From a virus (taxonomy: Duplodnaviria; Caudoviricetes), in IMG/VR virus record IMGVR_UViG_3300022670_000082, positions 1 through 32,620 of that record: a stretch of DNA of 32,620 nt; one strand, 5' to 3'. The notes beneath the pieces are model-generated. The model was given only the letters and a program-made list of their open reading frames with translations. It made no database searches and was not told the DNA's origin. Numbering within the stretch: the first letter of the stretch is position 1; the number at the start of each line of letters is the position of its first letter. Shown here in pieces: positions 18,261 to 26,816 of the stretch. The translations under genes were made by a program, and so were the position numbers.

Positions 18261-19049
18261 TTAATCTTCCTTATCAAATAGTGGATTCAAGCGTCCCTTA
18301 CGTCCCTTACGGCCAAAGTTGGGATACTTAATACCTCCGTTAGCCTTCCACGCTTTACGGGCTAACCAGCGTTGCTGACGAGTACTCTTCTGCTCTGCCT
18401 TCTCATTAGCTTGTTGCTTCAGTACGAAGAAACAAACACTCTTAGCTTCTTCTATTAAAGCAGGGAAAGCCTCTATCGGTAGATCAGGTATGTGACTATC
18501 TAGGTGTACCCATGTAGGGTTTAGATAACCTCTAGCTTGTACCTTAGAAGACAAGAGAGTTTCGTTAACATCTTTATCAAAAGAATCGAATACAATAAAC
18601 GCATCATCAAACGAAGTCCATACCTCTGGATGTCTGTCTGTACGAATGTTTAACTCAACTCCAGAGAAGTCTATGATAACCTCTACTTCGTCATTATCAT
18701 TATTATTCTGATTCAGTCTACGTAAGAAAGAATCTGGATCTTGGTATCGTATTGTTTCGTAACGATTCCTAGTTTCTCCTTCTCTCTGTTTGTTATAGCC
18801 TAAATAGATAAGCTCTTTAACATCGGAAGGGAGTTTCATGTGGGTGGGTGTGTCTGAGGAAGGTACACCCTCTAACTTAAACAGTTGATTAAGATGAGGC
18901 CAGTTACGATTACCGATCATCTCGAAGAAGGTACGCTTGACAATCTGTGCTACCTGTGTAGCCTCAAAAGTATCATCAATACTGTTTACCTCATCACTGT
19001 CCATGTCATTTAATATATCTTGTGTGATCTCTAATAAGGTTTCTTTCAT
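18261..19049 (-). CDS. Tail tubular protein A / head-tail adaptor (T7 gp11-like)
   Basis: N-terminal TLLEITQDILNDMDSDEVNSIDDTFEATQVA is typical of podovirus adaptors. Positioned before the nozzle. Confidence 0.8.
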   Translation of the reverse strand: MKETLLEITQDILNDMDSDEVNSIDDTFEATQVAQIVKRTFFEMIGNRNWPHLNQLFKLEGVPSSDTPTHMKLPSDVKELIYLGYNKQREGETRNRYETIRYQDPDSFLRRLNQNNNDNDEVEVIIDFSGVELNIRTDRHPEVWTSFDDAFIVFDSFDKDVNETLLSSKVQARGYLNPTWVHLDSHIPDLPIEAFPALIEEAKSVCFFVLKQQANEKAEQKSTRQQRWLARKAWKANGGIKYPNFGRKGRKGRLNPLFDKED

Positions 19050-19050
19050 A

Positions 19051-19881
19051 TTATCTTACCAAAAAGGAAGCATCAGTTACTAGGATGTCAACAGTGTCTA
19101 CTGTATTCTCAATAAATACTTCTAAGAAGGAACCAGGTGATAAAGCCTCTGTCCAAATTAATGTAAAGGTTTCTGTTTCACCTGTAGCCAATGACTGAGA
19201 TTTCCTAGAGGACGGTTGAACAACACCGTCTAATGCTATAGAAGCTCTTGCAGTAATAGCACTAGCTGCTTGTATCGTGAGAGTTACCGAGATAAGAGAT
19301 CTAGTAGAAGACATAGGGCCTGTTTGCGTTAGCCTTCCAGCAGCAGTACCTGTGAAGTTATCTACATCTCGTACAGTCCATACACCTGCAATCAATACAG
19401 GAGTGTTTATTGAAGAAATTACTGTATCGGTTACGTTATCGTTAAGGTGTATAAAGCCTTGACGAGTAACAGTAGGTGGCGGTTCCCAATTACCTCCCCC
19501 TGCTCCATCAGCTACATACACTTCATTAACAGCTGCTGTATCTATATCCTTAGGTTCATGTATAGGTACAGGTACTGACCCCCAATCACCACTACCTGCA
19601 CCGTCAGCTACATACACTTCATCCACAGAGGCTGTATCTATATCCTTAGGTTCATGTACAGGGACAGGTACTGATTGCCAAGCCCCACCTCCTAATCCAT
19701 TTGATACATATACCAAACCTCCTACTACAGTGTCTATATCTTTAGGTTCATGTACAGGTGGGTCTTGCCAATCACCACCTCCTGCACCATTAGAGACATA
19801 CACCTTATCAGGTAGAGCAGAGGCTACTCCCTTAGGCTCATGGATCTCTGGATCTAAGATTGAATCATGTTCTATTGTCAT
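19051..19881 (-). CDS. Virion fibre/whisker protein with four HEPK repeats and a C-terminal beta-sandwich head
   Basis: Four copies of HEPK...VYV(S/A)(N/D)GxG(G/S)GxW, then about 135 aa of beta-strand-rich sequence. Confidence 0.7.
   Translation of the reverse strand: MTIEHDSILDPEIHEPKGVASALPDKVYVSNGAGGGDWQDPPVHEPKDIDTVVGGLVYVSNGLGGGAWQSVPVPVHEPKDIDTASVDEVYVADGAGSGDWGSVPVPIHEPKDIDTAAVNEVYVADGAGGGNWEPPPTVTRQGFIHLNDNVTDTVISSINTPVLIAGVWTVRDVDNFTGTAAGRLTQTGPMSSTRSLISVTLTIQAASAITARASIALDGVVQPSSRKSQSLATGETETFTLIWTEALSPGSFLEVFIENTVDTVDILVTDASFLVR
19480..19845 (-). repeat. Four in-frame tandem repeats of 90-96 bp within the whisker gene
   Basis: GCTGTATCTATATCCTTAGGTTCATGTA and TCAGCTACATACACTTCAT recur at 96-bp spacing. 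The outer copies are more diverged. Confidence 0.9.
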
Positions 19882-19890
19882 ATTATTTCC

Positions 19891-19957
19891 AATAAATAAA
19901 AAAGGCCAGAGAGGGAAATCCCTGTCTAGCCTTAAAAGGACAGCTTGATTAGCTGTC
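19891..19957 (-). terminator. Tandem rho-independent terminator hairpins after the capsid and decoration genes
   Basis: On the - strand: GACAGCT-AATCA-AGCTGTC then CTTTT, immediately followed by AAGGCTAGACAGGG-ATTT-CCCTCTCTGGCCTT then TTTTATTTATT. Confidence 0.8.
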
Positions 19958-19962
19958 TTATG

Positions 19963-20427
19963 TTACGCTACTGAGAAGTAATCAATAACAATGACTACTC
20001 GACCGTCGTTAGTAACTGTTGGGTTAGTACCTGACAAGATTACATTAACTGTGGTGTCTGAGTCTAAACTACCTGTCCATTCACCAACTGCTGTACCTGA
20101 GATGTCGTAAGTATCAACAAGTTCTGCTTGAGCCTCACTTACTCGTACACCGTTAGTAGTTTCTGAACCCTCAGTACCTACTGAGATAGTAGGAGCAGTA
20201 CCGCCTAAGTCAAAAGCTTCTTTAACACTGGCTGTTGCACTAAGGATAAAAGAACCCTTTGGCAACACTACATCGTTATAGATGCCAGCCTTAAGGTCTA
20301 CACCTGTTACTTCAACGGTAAGCTGATTACGAGCACCTTCAGTCTTTACGTGACCTAGGCCACCACCAACTTCACGTGTGCCGTAGTTCTGTGATACACC
20401 CCGAATTGGGGCTAATTCTTTACTCAT
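19963..20427 (-). CDS. Virion structural protein, probable capsid decoration/cement protein
   Basis: 154 aa, beta-rich (LPKGSFILSA...V.EAF...TISVGT...GRVVIVIDY). Directly after the capsid gene and before the terminator. AGGAG SD. Confidence 0.65.
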   Translation of the reverse strand: MSKELAPIRGVSQNYGTREVGGGLGHVKTEGARNQLTVEVTGVDLKAGIYNDVVLPKGSFILSATASVKEAFDLGGTAPTISVGTEGSETTNGVRVSEAQAELVDTYDISGTAVGEWTGSLDSDTTVNVILSGTNPTVTNDGRVVIVIDYFSVA

Positions 20428-20442
20428 GTATGTTCTCCTTGA

Positions 20443-21381
20443 TTATGCTGTAGTTGCAGAAGTGATAAGAATACCTAGGGTATCCAAACGCTGTGTACCA
20501 AAGCCGAAACGTGCAGTTGTTACAAACTCATCACGTTGACGATCTTTGTTACGCTCACCTTCTGCTTTAGGCATACGTCGCCATGCAGTCATAATTGGTT
20601 TAGAATTATCATCTATAATAGACATGAATACATTAGCTACACCATCTGTTACGACAGTAGTGCCATCACCGAAATCACCCTTATCTAGGCGATTAGAGGT
20701 CATAATATTCCAACCATATAGATTCATCAAGAACTGATGATCACGATCAAAACCATTCTCTAAGATCTTCTGACCGAAAGGTGTAACATCATGTGTGATG
20801 GTTACAAGCTTATCCAAAGTGGAAGCGGATACAGGATCTAGGATCAAGATACGACCAGCATAAGGAACATTAGCTTTGTCAAAAGATAGCTTCATGGTAA
20901 TCAATTGATCTAACGAAAGAACATTGTTTACCTCAGCTGATGCGATACGATGAACGAATCCATTGATTATACCTGGATCACCATCAGGTTGAGAATCATT
21001 ACATACTTCTAGGAAGCGAGTTTCATAATTCTCTTGAATTGCACGAGTGGTCTCTGCTTGACGTTCTGCCATAAGCTGTTCAATTTGAGAACCGTCTTCA
21101 CGTAGATCATCTGTTACATACCAAGCATCACCGATGTAATCAGTGATTTGCATGAACACTTCACCAGTGTCAATTGGGTTGTAGTTTAGAGGAGTATCTT
21201 CTGACACTTCCTGCAAGGTTGCTGTACCAATAGTTTTGATGCTAAGGATAGTACCGCTACCGAAATCAGATACATTACGGAAGAAACTTCCTGGTAACAT
21301 ACCATCATGTAGGTTACGAAGGATGAACGAACTAAACTGTTCAGCTTCGATAAAAGCCTGTGTATTACTTGTTAACTGCAT
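20443..21381 (-). CDS. Major capsid protein
   Basis: 312 aa after the scaffold gene, GGAG SD. MQLTSNTQAFIEAEQFS...GDAWYVTDDLREDG...ARFGFG resembles ICP2/PA11-type capsids. Confidence 0.9.
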   Translation of the reverse strand: MQLTSNTQAFIEAEQFSSFILRNLHDGMLPGSFFRNVSDFGSGTILSIKTIGTATLQEVSEDTPLNYNPIDTGEVFMQITDYIGDAWYVTDDLREDGSQIEQLMAERQAETTRAIQENYETRFLEVCNDSQPDGDPGIINGFVHRIASAEVNNVLSLDQLITMKLSFDKANVPYAGRILILDPVSASTLDKLVTITHDVTPFGQKILENGFDRDHQFLMNLYGWNIMTSNRLDKGDFGDGTTVVTDGVANVFMSIIDDNSKPIMTAWRRMPKAEGERNKDRQRDEFVTTARFGFGTQRLDTLGILITSATTA

Positions 21382-21396
21382 TTATATCTCCAAAGA

Positions 21397-22251
21397 TTAT
21401 GTACCAAAGTACTTCTTATACTCAGAAGGTCTAGTTAAACTCTCTACACTAACACCTTGGTTGTGTAGTTCTTCAACCATCTTCTTAGCTGCTTCGCTCT
21501 CTGCTCTGAGTTCTTCAGAGGTGGAGCCAACGAGTACCTTAGCTTGGCTACGGCCAATATAAGATTGTTGGACTGGCTTAATAGCTGTGGTATTCACTCC
21601 ACCTGTAGTAACTGTTGGGGCTGCCTGAGGAGCGACTGGTGTCTCTCCAAAGTAACTCAACACTGCTAAGGGGGATTGAGCTGCTAGAAGATTCATCTGT
21701 GCAACTGTCATACCAAGTTCTTGAGCCTTGCCATAAAAAGCCTTCTCTGCTTCAGCACCTAAACTCTCTTTTAAAGAGTTAACTACTGTAGCTACGTTAG
21801 CTTCTTGTATTGATTTGGCATCACGTTGGTCAAGTAATTGACCTAACATGTCTTGAACCGCATTCTCATCTAGGCTTACTGGCTGGTTAGCCTGCTGCTG
21901 TTGATTTGCGGAGAGCCGATCTACGACATCTTCTACCGCTGTTCTTTTGGCTAATTCCTCACGTAACCGAGTTACTTCCTCTGCTTGATTATCTAGCTTC
22001 AGCTGAAGCTGCGGAATGTACTCTTGTGCGTGTTGTAGCCCTTCTAGTGCTTTCGGTATAGTTTCGTATTTCTTCTCACCTCGATCATTCTTAATTGAAC
22101 CTAGCAGGTCTGCAAAAGGCTCAGGAGATACAGCGAGGGTGGGAGTACCAACTCCCTGGGGGGCAGCTGCTGGTGCAACCGCTGGTGCAGCATTAGCTGC
22201 TGGGTCTGCTGGTGTAGCAGGTTGTTCGTCGAAGAGTGACTGGTCGGTCAT
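21397..22251 (-). CDS. Capsid scaffolding protein
   Basis: Pro/Ala-rich disordered N-terminus and central coiled coil. Lies between portal and capsid. Confidence 0.8.
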   Translation of the reverse strand: MTDQSLFDEQPATPADPAANAAPAVAPAAAPQGVGTPTLAVSPEPFADLLGSIKNDRGEKKYETIPKALEGLQHAQEYIPQLQLKLDNQAEEVTRLREELAKRTAVEDVVDRLSANQQQQANQPVSLDENAVQDMLGQLLDQRDAKSIQEANVATVVNSLKESLGAEAEKAFYGKAQELGMTVAQMNLLAAQSPLAVLSYFGETPVAPQAAPTVTTGGVNTTAIKPVQQSYIGRSQAKVLVGSTSEELRAESEAAKKMVEELHNQGVSVESLTRPSEYKKYFGT

Positions 22252-22420
22252 ATTCTTTCCTAATTAATTGATAAAGGTTTTGTATATAAATATATTAGAT
22301 ATATCAATATTAAATATGAGTATATTATAGAGAGATATTATTATTATAGATATATAGATAAAGTATTATATTCCTAATATATTTATATATACTAAGAATA
22401 TGAGAAAAGGGGTTCGTTAC
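22252..22420 (-). promoter_or_regulatory. Extremely AT-rich intergenic region; candidate promoter for scaffold-capsid genes and/or DNA-unwinding element
   Basis: 18 G/C in the 140 bp from 22261-22400 by hand count. Three TATAAT hexamers on the - strand (22365-70, 22343-48, 22324-29). Longest non-coding stretch in the window. Confidence 0.55.
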
Positions 22421-22660
22421 TTATGAAATTAAACTAATCACCTCAGATAAGGCTCTTTTATATCCCTGTAAGTCTGCTTGCTTATAAGCCCAATTAGGAC
22501 ATTCATAACCTTCCTTACTGAGAGCTGTCTTGTCTGCGGTCTCTATTTTATCCCTCAGTAGCTCTACTTGTTTATTTCGTATACGAGAAGAAGAGCTGAA
22601 CGAATCAGCTATCTCCTTCTTCTCTTCTCCTTTTAAACCCTTAGTCCAGGTGGTCTTCAT
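22421..22660 (-). CDS. Small conserved hypothetical protein following the portal gene
   Basis: TAATG-coupled to portal. PNWAYKQADLQGYKRAL motif. Confidence 0.75.
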   Translation of the reverse strand: MKTTWTKGLKGEEKKEIADSFSSSSRIRNKQVELLRDKIETADKTALSKEGYECPNWAYKQADLQGYKRALSEVISLIS

Positions 22661-24411
22661 TATGCTAATTCCTCTGGAGTAGGGGTAGCTTGTTCCACTT
22701 CAAGATCTTCACCAGCTTGATTAATCAAACGCTGAGTCTCTTGCTGTTCAAACACAGCTATGTTAGGTCGTATCAAAGCAAACTTATCAAGGCCTATCAC
22801 ATCCTCTACGAGAGCCGCTAGGGCCTTGCTGGAGAGGTGTGGAGCTATAAGTTGACCTATGGGCCCACCTATCAGTTGCTGAAGGTTCTGGAGGAGCTGA
22901 GCCTGTGCAGCGAAGTGTCTAGCACCAATAGGACGTAGCTTACCTGAAGCTGTAATATCTGACTTACTCACTTCTAGATACTTAGCAACACCTAGGTCAT
23001 CATCCATTACTCGTACAACATCGTTAATCTCACCTTGACGACGAGAGGTTTCAAGCATAGAATTAAGACAAGGTTCTAATATCTCTATCTCAAAGGTATT
23101 AATCTTCTCTTGGAAGATACGACCAGATGCATTCTGTAATTGATTCACTTCAAAGGCTGTCTTCTCACCAGGAGAGCGAATACCCATAGCTTCCCTAGGA
23201 GCACCTGCAAACTGTTCCATACGCTCTTCGAGTATAGAAAGCATACTCTCAGCAGCTATCACAGCTTCAGAACCCCTACCTAGCTCCTGTACATCCCCAT
23301 TCTCATCAATATGAATCTCAGTACCAGGGCCGTAATTAAACTCTTCCACCTCACCTATGATCTTCAAAGGAGGTTGTATGAGAAGGTCTACAGCGTCTGC
23401 CTTAGCGTTTTCTAGATGGTCTATACGGTATTGCATACCTACAAGGTTATCTAGCGGCCCCATAGCCCACAGGTTGTCTGGACGTGATCTCCAACCTACA
23501 TGGAAGATAGGAGCTTTACCTAACCAATTAGGAATATCCACCATACGAATAACAGTGGCTCTGTCTACAATAGTTACCACTACGTTACGCCTAAGGACAC
23601 CCGATTCAAAATCATGGAAGTCTCCCCAGAACTCTAAAAACTCCACCATACCACTGCCGTAATACTCTTGTAGATTACCGAATCCATCTACAGAATAAGC
23701 CTCTGACTTCTCTGAATCTTCCCATTTGAATGTACCAGCTTGTGTATGAAAGACAGCGTGACGGTTAATAGCCTCTTGTAGATAGGCGTTGTCAGGCTCG
23801 CTGTCAGCCATTGCTTTCAGCTCCCCTACCGTCTTCATTGATCTAATGATTTTAAAGCTCTCATCGAAGCTGGCTGCCGTAGGATTGAATACTATATCTA
23901 AGGGAGAGATACGTATAGCCTTAGGCCCAATATACCCTGGTACTGTCTTCTCTTCATCTGCAAAGTTAGCTTCAAAAGAGGTGGTAACAAACGCATTCCC
24001 ATAATCAATATAGTCATATAAGAGCTTACTCATCTCAGTACGGAAGTGACCCTCACGAGTCTTATTACCCATGTACCCTTCGATAGCATCTGCTTTCCCC
24101 TTAAAGGAATCCTCTTTAGTGTATGACTCCCATCTTAACCAATTATCATTAGGGAATAAAGCAGAGAGATAATTGGAATGTAAATTGTCCCTAATCTGAC
24201 ATAGCTTAGGAAGAGTTGTACTATTCTTATGAGGTAATGAACTGTTAGTGGTGGTTGACGTATCTGTTGCAAAGACATAGTTACGAAGCTCTGTCCATTC
24301 CTCTATCTTCGTAATACGCTGTGTGTGATATCGACTCCACAGGTTAGCAATGTTCTCTGCTTGAGAACTCTGTGTAATCATCTCATCGAATTCTGCTACT
24401 GTTATACTCAT
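22660..24411 (-). CDS. Portal protein
   Basis: 583 aa directly after the terminase. LYDYIDYGNAF, RISPLDIVFNP, RPDNLWAMGPL and GEKTAFEV (TAxEV motif of podovirus portals). Confidence 0.9.
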   Translation of the reverse strand: MSITVAEFDEMITQSSQAENIANLWSRYHTQRITKIEEWTELRNYVFATDTSTTTNSSLPHKNSTTLPKLCQIRDNLHSNYLSALFPNDNWLRWESYTKEDSFKGKADAIEGYMGNKTREGHFRTEMSKLLYDYIDYGNAFVTTSFEANFADEEKTVPGYIGPKAIRISPLDIVFNPTAASFDESFKIIRSMKTVGELKAMADSEPDNAYLQEAINRHAVFHTQAGTFKWEDSEKSEAYSVDGFGNLQEYYGSGMVEFLEFWGDFHDFESGVLRRNVVVTIVDRATVIRMVDIPNWLGKAPIFHVGWRSRPDNLWAMGPLDNLVGMQYRIDHLENAKADAVDLLIQPPLKIIGEVEEFNYGPGTEIHIDENGDVQELGRGSEAVIAAESMLSILEERMEQFAGAPREAMGIRSPGEKTAFEVNQLQNASGRIFQEKINTFEIEILEPCLNSMLETSRRQGEINDVVRVMDDDLGVAKYLEVSKSDITASGKLRPIGARHFAAQAQLLQNLQQLIGGPIGQLIAPHLSSKALAALVEDVIGLDKFALIRPNIAVFEQQETQRLINQAGEDLEVEQATPTPEELA

Positions 24412-26003
24412 CTAAAGCGAACTCCTCCGAACTTAGAATTGAATTGAATGATATTAGAACCTGAATTTCCGAAGTTCCTTCTACCTTTAGGCTTAATAGC
24501 AATCTCTACAACAGAGGCTAAAGCATCTTTTATATCATCATGTGGGGGACGAGCTAACACTAGCTCTTCTTCAAGAACAGCTGTGTACCCTCCCTTGTGA
24601 TGCCACATAGATAAGTTATCATAACGATGCTCTAATGCGGCAGCTATACGCTCTTCCTTACGCTGTACGATAGGAGGTCTGTAGGGATCGACAGAGAGGC
24701 GTAAACCATCTCTCCTTATGTCATCCTTAAGACCATCTACAATCATCGCCTGAGCTGTTGTGATCTCTGCTCGTATCTTCTTAAACTCCCATCTAGCATG
24801 TAGATGTTTTATGTGTTTAAAATACTCTGAGATCTTGTCTGTCTTGAATCTGTCTATATCCATTACATAGATATAACCATCTGGGTCAATCCCGATTACT
24901 ACTATAGCCGTATAGTCAGCCTTGTTTCCTAGGCTGTAGGCAAAGTCAATAGAAGCGTATACATTCAAGGGTTGATCTTTATACTGCCACTTACCCCCTT
25001 CTTGCTTCAGATGCCTTGGGTCATAGTATTGGAACTTATCACGAGAGATACGATCACTACCTGGATCATTAGGATCGTTATAATACTGTGCGTAGAACTG
25101 CACAGGATCTTCACCATACTCCTCCCGTATTCGAGATAAGACGTTAATATTAAATCCAAATGCCTTACCATCGCTACGTACCGCTCTCGGCCAGAGGAAG
25201 GTATTATCTATCTCTACTACACGTTCCATAACCTCCCAGATGGGTTTTCTATCTATTATATCTCCATCGTCAGTGTATACACTGTACACCTGTTCTATCC
25301 AAACAGAGTAGATATCAGATGGATGGTAACGAGTCCCACAGGCCATAGTGAAGCCTCCAGGATTACGAATAGAAGAGAACTGAGCACTCTTCTTAGCTAC
25401 GGAAGAACGACCATCTTCTGTATAAGCATTCTCAGGAATAACTAGATCATCAGGTATAACGATGTCTGCGTGCCAACCTGTAGTGTTAGTCGTCAGGCCT
25501 GCTGTAGCTATCGTAGCATCACGAATACCCTCCAGCTTACGTTGGGGGTGGTCTATGATGATCTTACGCTCTGTCCACTTAGCACGGTTCCCCTCTTGAG
25601 GGTTTATGTATTCGGGCCAGTATCGTTGATATATATCACTTTCAAATACACACTTAATAGAATAAAGCTGACTCTCTGCTAACTCAGCTGTAGCCGATAG
25701 ATACAGGATTGTAACCTCTGGATGCTTGGTTATCATCCAAGAGGCCCATGTAGCTACCATGTGGCTCTTCATATGAGCACGAGGGAACATAAGCAACTTA
25801 TTAGCTGCTGTCTCCTCTTCAGAGAACAGTACATAGTCTTGCATCCATCTAAAGGCTTCTTTCTGAATCTCTCCATAAAGATGCCCAGGGTTAACTAGCT
25901 GGGCATAGAACACTAGATCTATCATAGCTCTTTCACGAATCTGCTTAGCCTCTTCAGGCATACGCTCTAATCTCTTATACGCAACTGTCAACCACTTATC
26001 CAT
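24408..26003 (-). CDS. terL: Terminase large subunit
   Basis: Walker A variant FPRAHMKS, Walker B IVIPDD, motif III GTRY, and RNase H-like nuclease residues SIDFA...DYTAIVVIG...HDDIKDALA. Confidence 0.93.
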   Translation of the reverse strand: MDKWLTVAYKRLERMPEEAKQIRERAMIDLVFYAQLVNPGHLYGEIQKEAFRWMQDYVLFSEEETAANKLLMFPRAHMKSHMVATWASWMITKHPEVTILYLSATAELAESQLYSIKCVFESDIYQRYWPEYINPQEGNRAKWTERKIIIDHPQRKLEGIRDATIATAGLTTNTTGWHADIVIPDDLVIPENAYTEDGRSSVAKKSAQFSSIRNPGGFTMACGTRYHPSDIYSVWIEQVYSVYTDDGDIIDRKPIWEVMERVVEIDNTFLWPRAVRSDGKAFGFNINVLSRIREEYGEDPVQFYAQYYNDPNDPGSDRISRDKFQYYDPRHLKQEGGKWQYKDQPLNVYASIDFAYSLGNKADYTAIVVIGIDPDGYIYVMDIDRFKTDKISEYFKHIKHLHARWEFKKIRAEITTAQAMIVDGLKDDIRRDGLRLSVDPYRPPIVQRKEERIAAALEHRYDNLSMWHHKGGYTAVLEEELVLARPPHDDIKDALASVVEIAIKPKGRRNFGNSGSNIIQFNSKFGGVRFR

Positions 26004-26500
26004 TAGCCATGTATCCTTGCAATATCATTTTTAAACTCTTCAGCTATATGCTTCTCAAAAGCCTTCTCTTCGGCTGTATGGTCTTTAGTAGGCCTACCTA
26101 CTCCTTTCCTATCCCAACCCTTCTCTGCTAACCATCTAGCAGCCTGGAAGCCTTTATCAGAGTTAGCAGTTACAAGAATGTTCCTTACACCCTTACTCCT
26201 TAGCTTAAGCTCTAACTCGTACCTCCACTCATCTATCTCTTCAGAGAAGGCTTTATTAGCAGTAATACGCTGCCATTGATCCCAACTAAAGAAATACTTA
26301 GAAGCAAACTCATATTCCACTACATCCTCTTCTTCAAGGTATATCCTTTTCAAAGAAGGATATAACACACCCCTATAGGTAAAGTCATACTCCTTCAGAG
26401 AGTATATAGCTGTATCTGTATTATAACCATACTCTAGGAAGAGAGACTGCGTAAGCGGTCTCCCCATTACATCTAAGAACTTACTCTTATCATTATCCAT
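26003..26500 (-). CDS. Putative terminase small subunit
   Basis: 165 aa, TAATG-coupled to terL. Helical, with FQAARWLAEKGW and a basic GRP C-terminal motif. Confidence 0.65.
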   Translation of the reverse strand: MDNDKSKFLDVMGRPLTQSLFLEYGYNTDTAIYSLKEYDFTYRGVLYPSLKRIYLEEEDVVEYEFASKYFFSWDQWQRITANKAFSEEIDEWRYELELKLRSKGVRNILVTANSDKGFQAARWLAEKGWDRKGVGRPTKDHTAEEKAFEKHIAEEFKNDIARIHG

Positions 26501-26503
26501 AAC

Positions 26504-26755
26504 TTAGTCCTCTGTAAGAGCAATCACTACTCTTGAGTTTTCTTTCATCGTCCTAAACCATACAGTTACAGTAGTAAATACTTCCCTTTCTTTATACTGC
26601 ATGATATGCCCTTGGAAAGCAGCAGCAGGTTCAGCTGCACTAACCGCAAACCATACATCGTCTAATGTAACATTCTGGAAGTATCCAGAGGTATCCGAAG
26701 TATGCTGTACCCATGATGTGTTACTGTCTACTACAATATTAATAGTATCTGCCAT
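26504..26755 (-). CDS. Small beta-rich protein, possible fibre accessory or virion protein
   Basis: 83 aa of short beta-strand-like segments. AAGGA SD. Downstream of the spike gene. Confidence 0.6.
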   Translation of the reverse strand: MADTINIVVDSNTSWVQHTSDTSGYFQNVTLDDVWFAVSAAEPAAAFQGHIMQYKEREVFTTVTVWFRTMKENSRVVIALTED

Positions 26756-26808
26756 TATTGTTCCTTATGTTTATAATTAAAATGCTTCCATCCAAATGCT
26801 CTACCCAT
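26755..26808 (-). CDS. Putative 17-aa micro-ORF
   Basis: MGRAFGWKHFNYKHKEQ. AGGAG SD overlaps the spike stop codon, and its TAA overlaps the next ATG (TAATG). Confidence 0.4.
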   Translation of the reverse strand: MGRAFGWKHFNYKHKEQ

Positions 26809-26816
26809 AATATCTC

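Noticed and set aside
19480-19845. Regularly spaced DNA repeats considered as a possible CRISPR array
   Set aside because: The repeats are in-frame coding units with related intervening sequence rather than unique spacers, and no cas genes are present.
20428-20480. Possible T7-style capsid frameshift or readthrough into the decoration gene
   Set aside because: No slippery heptamer near the capsid stop, and the downstream gene has its own AGGAG SD.
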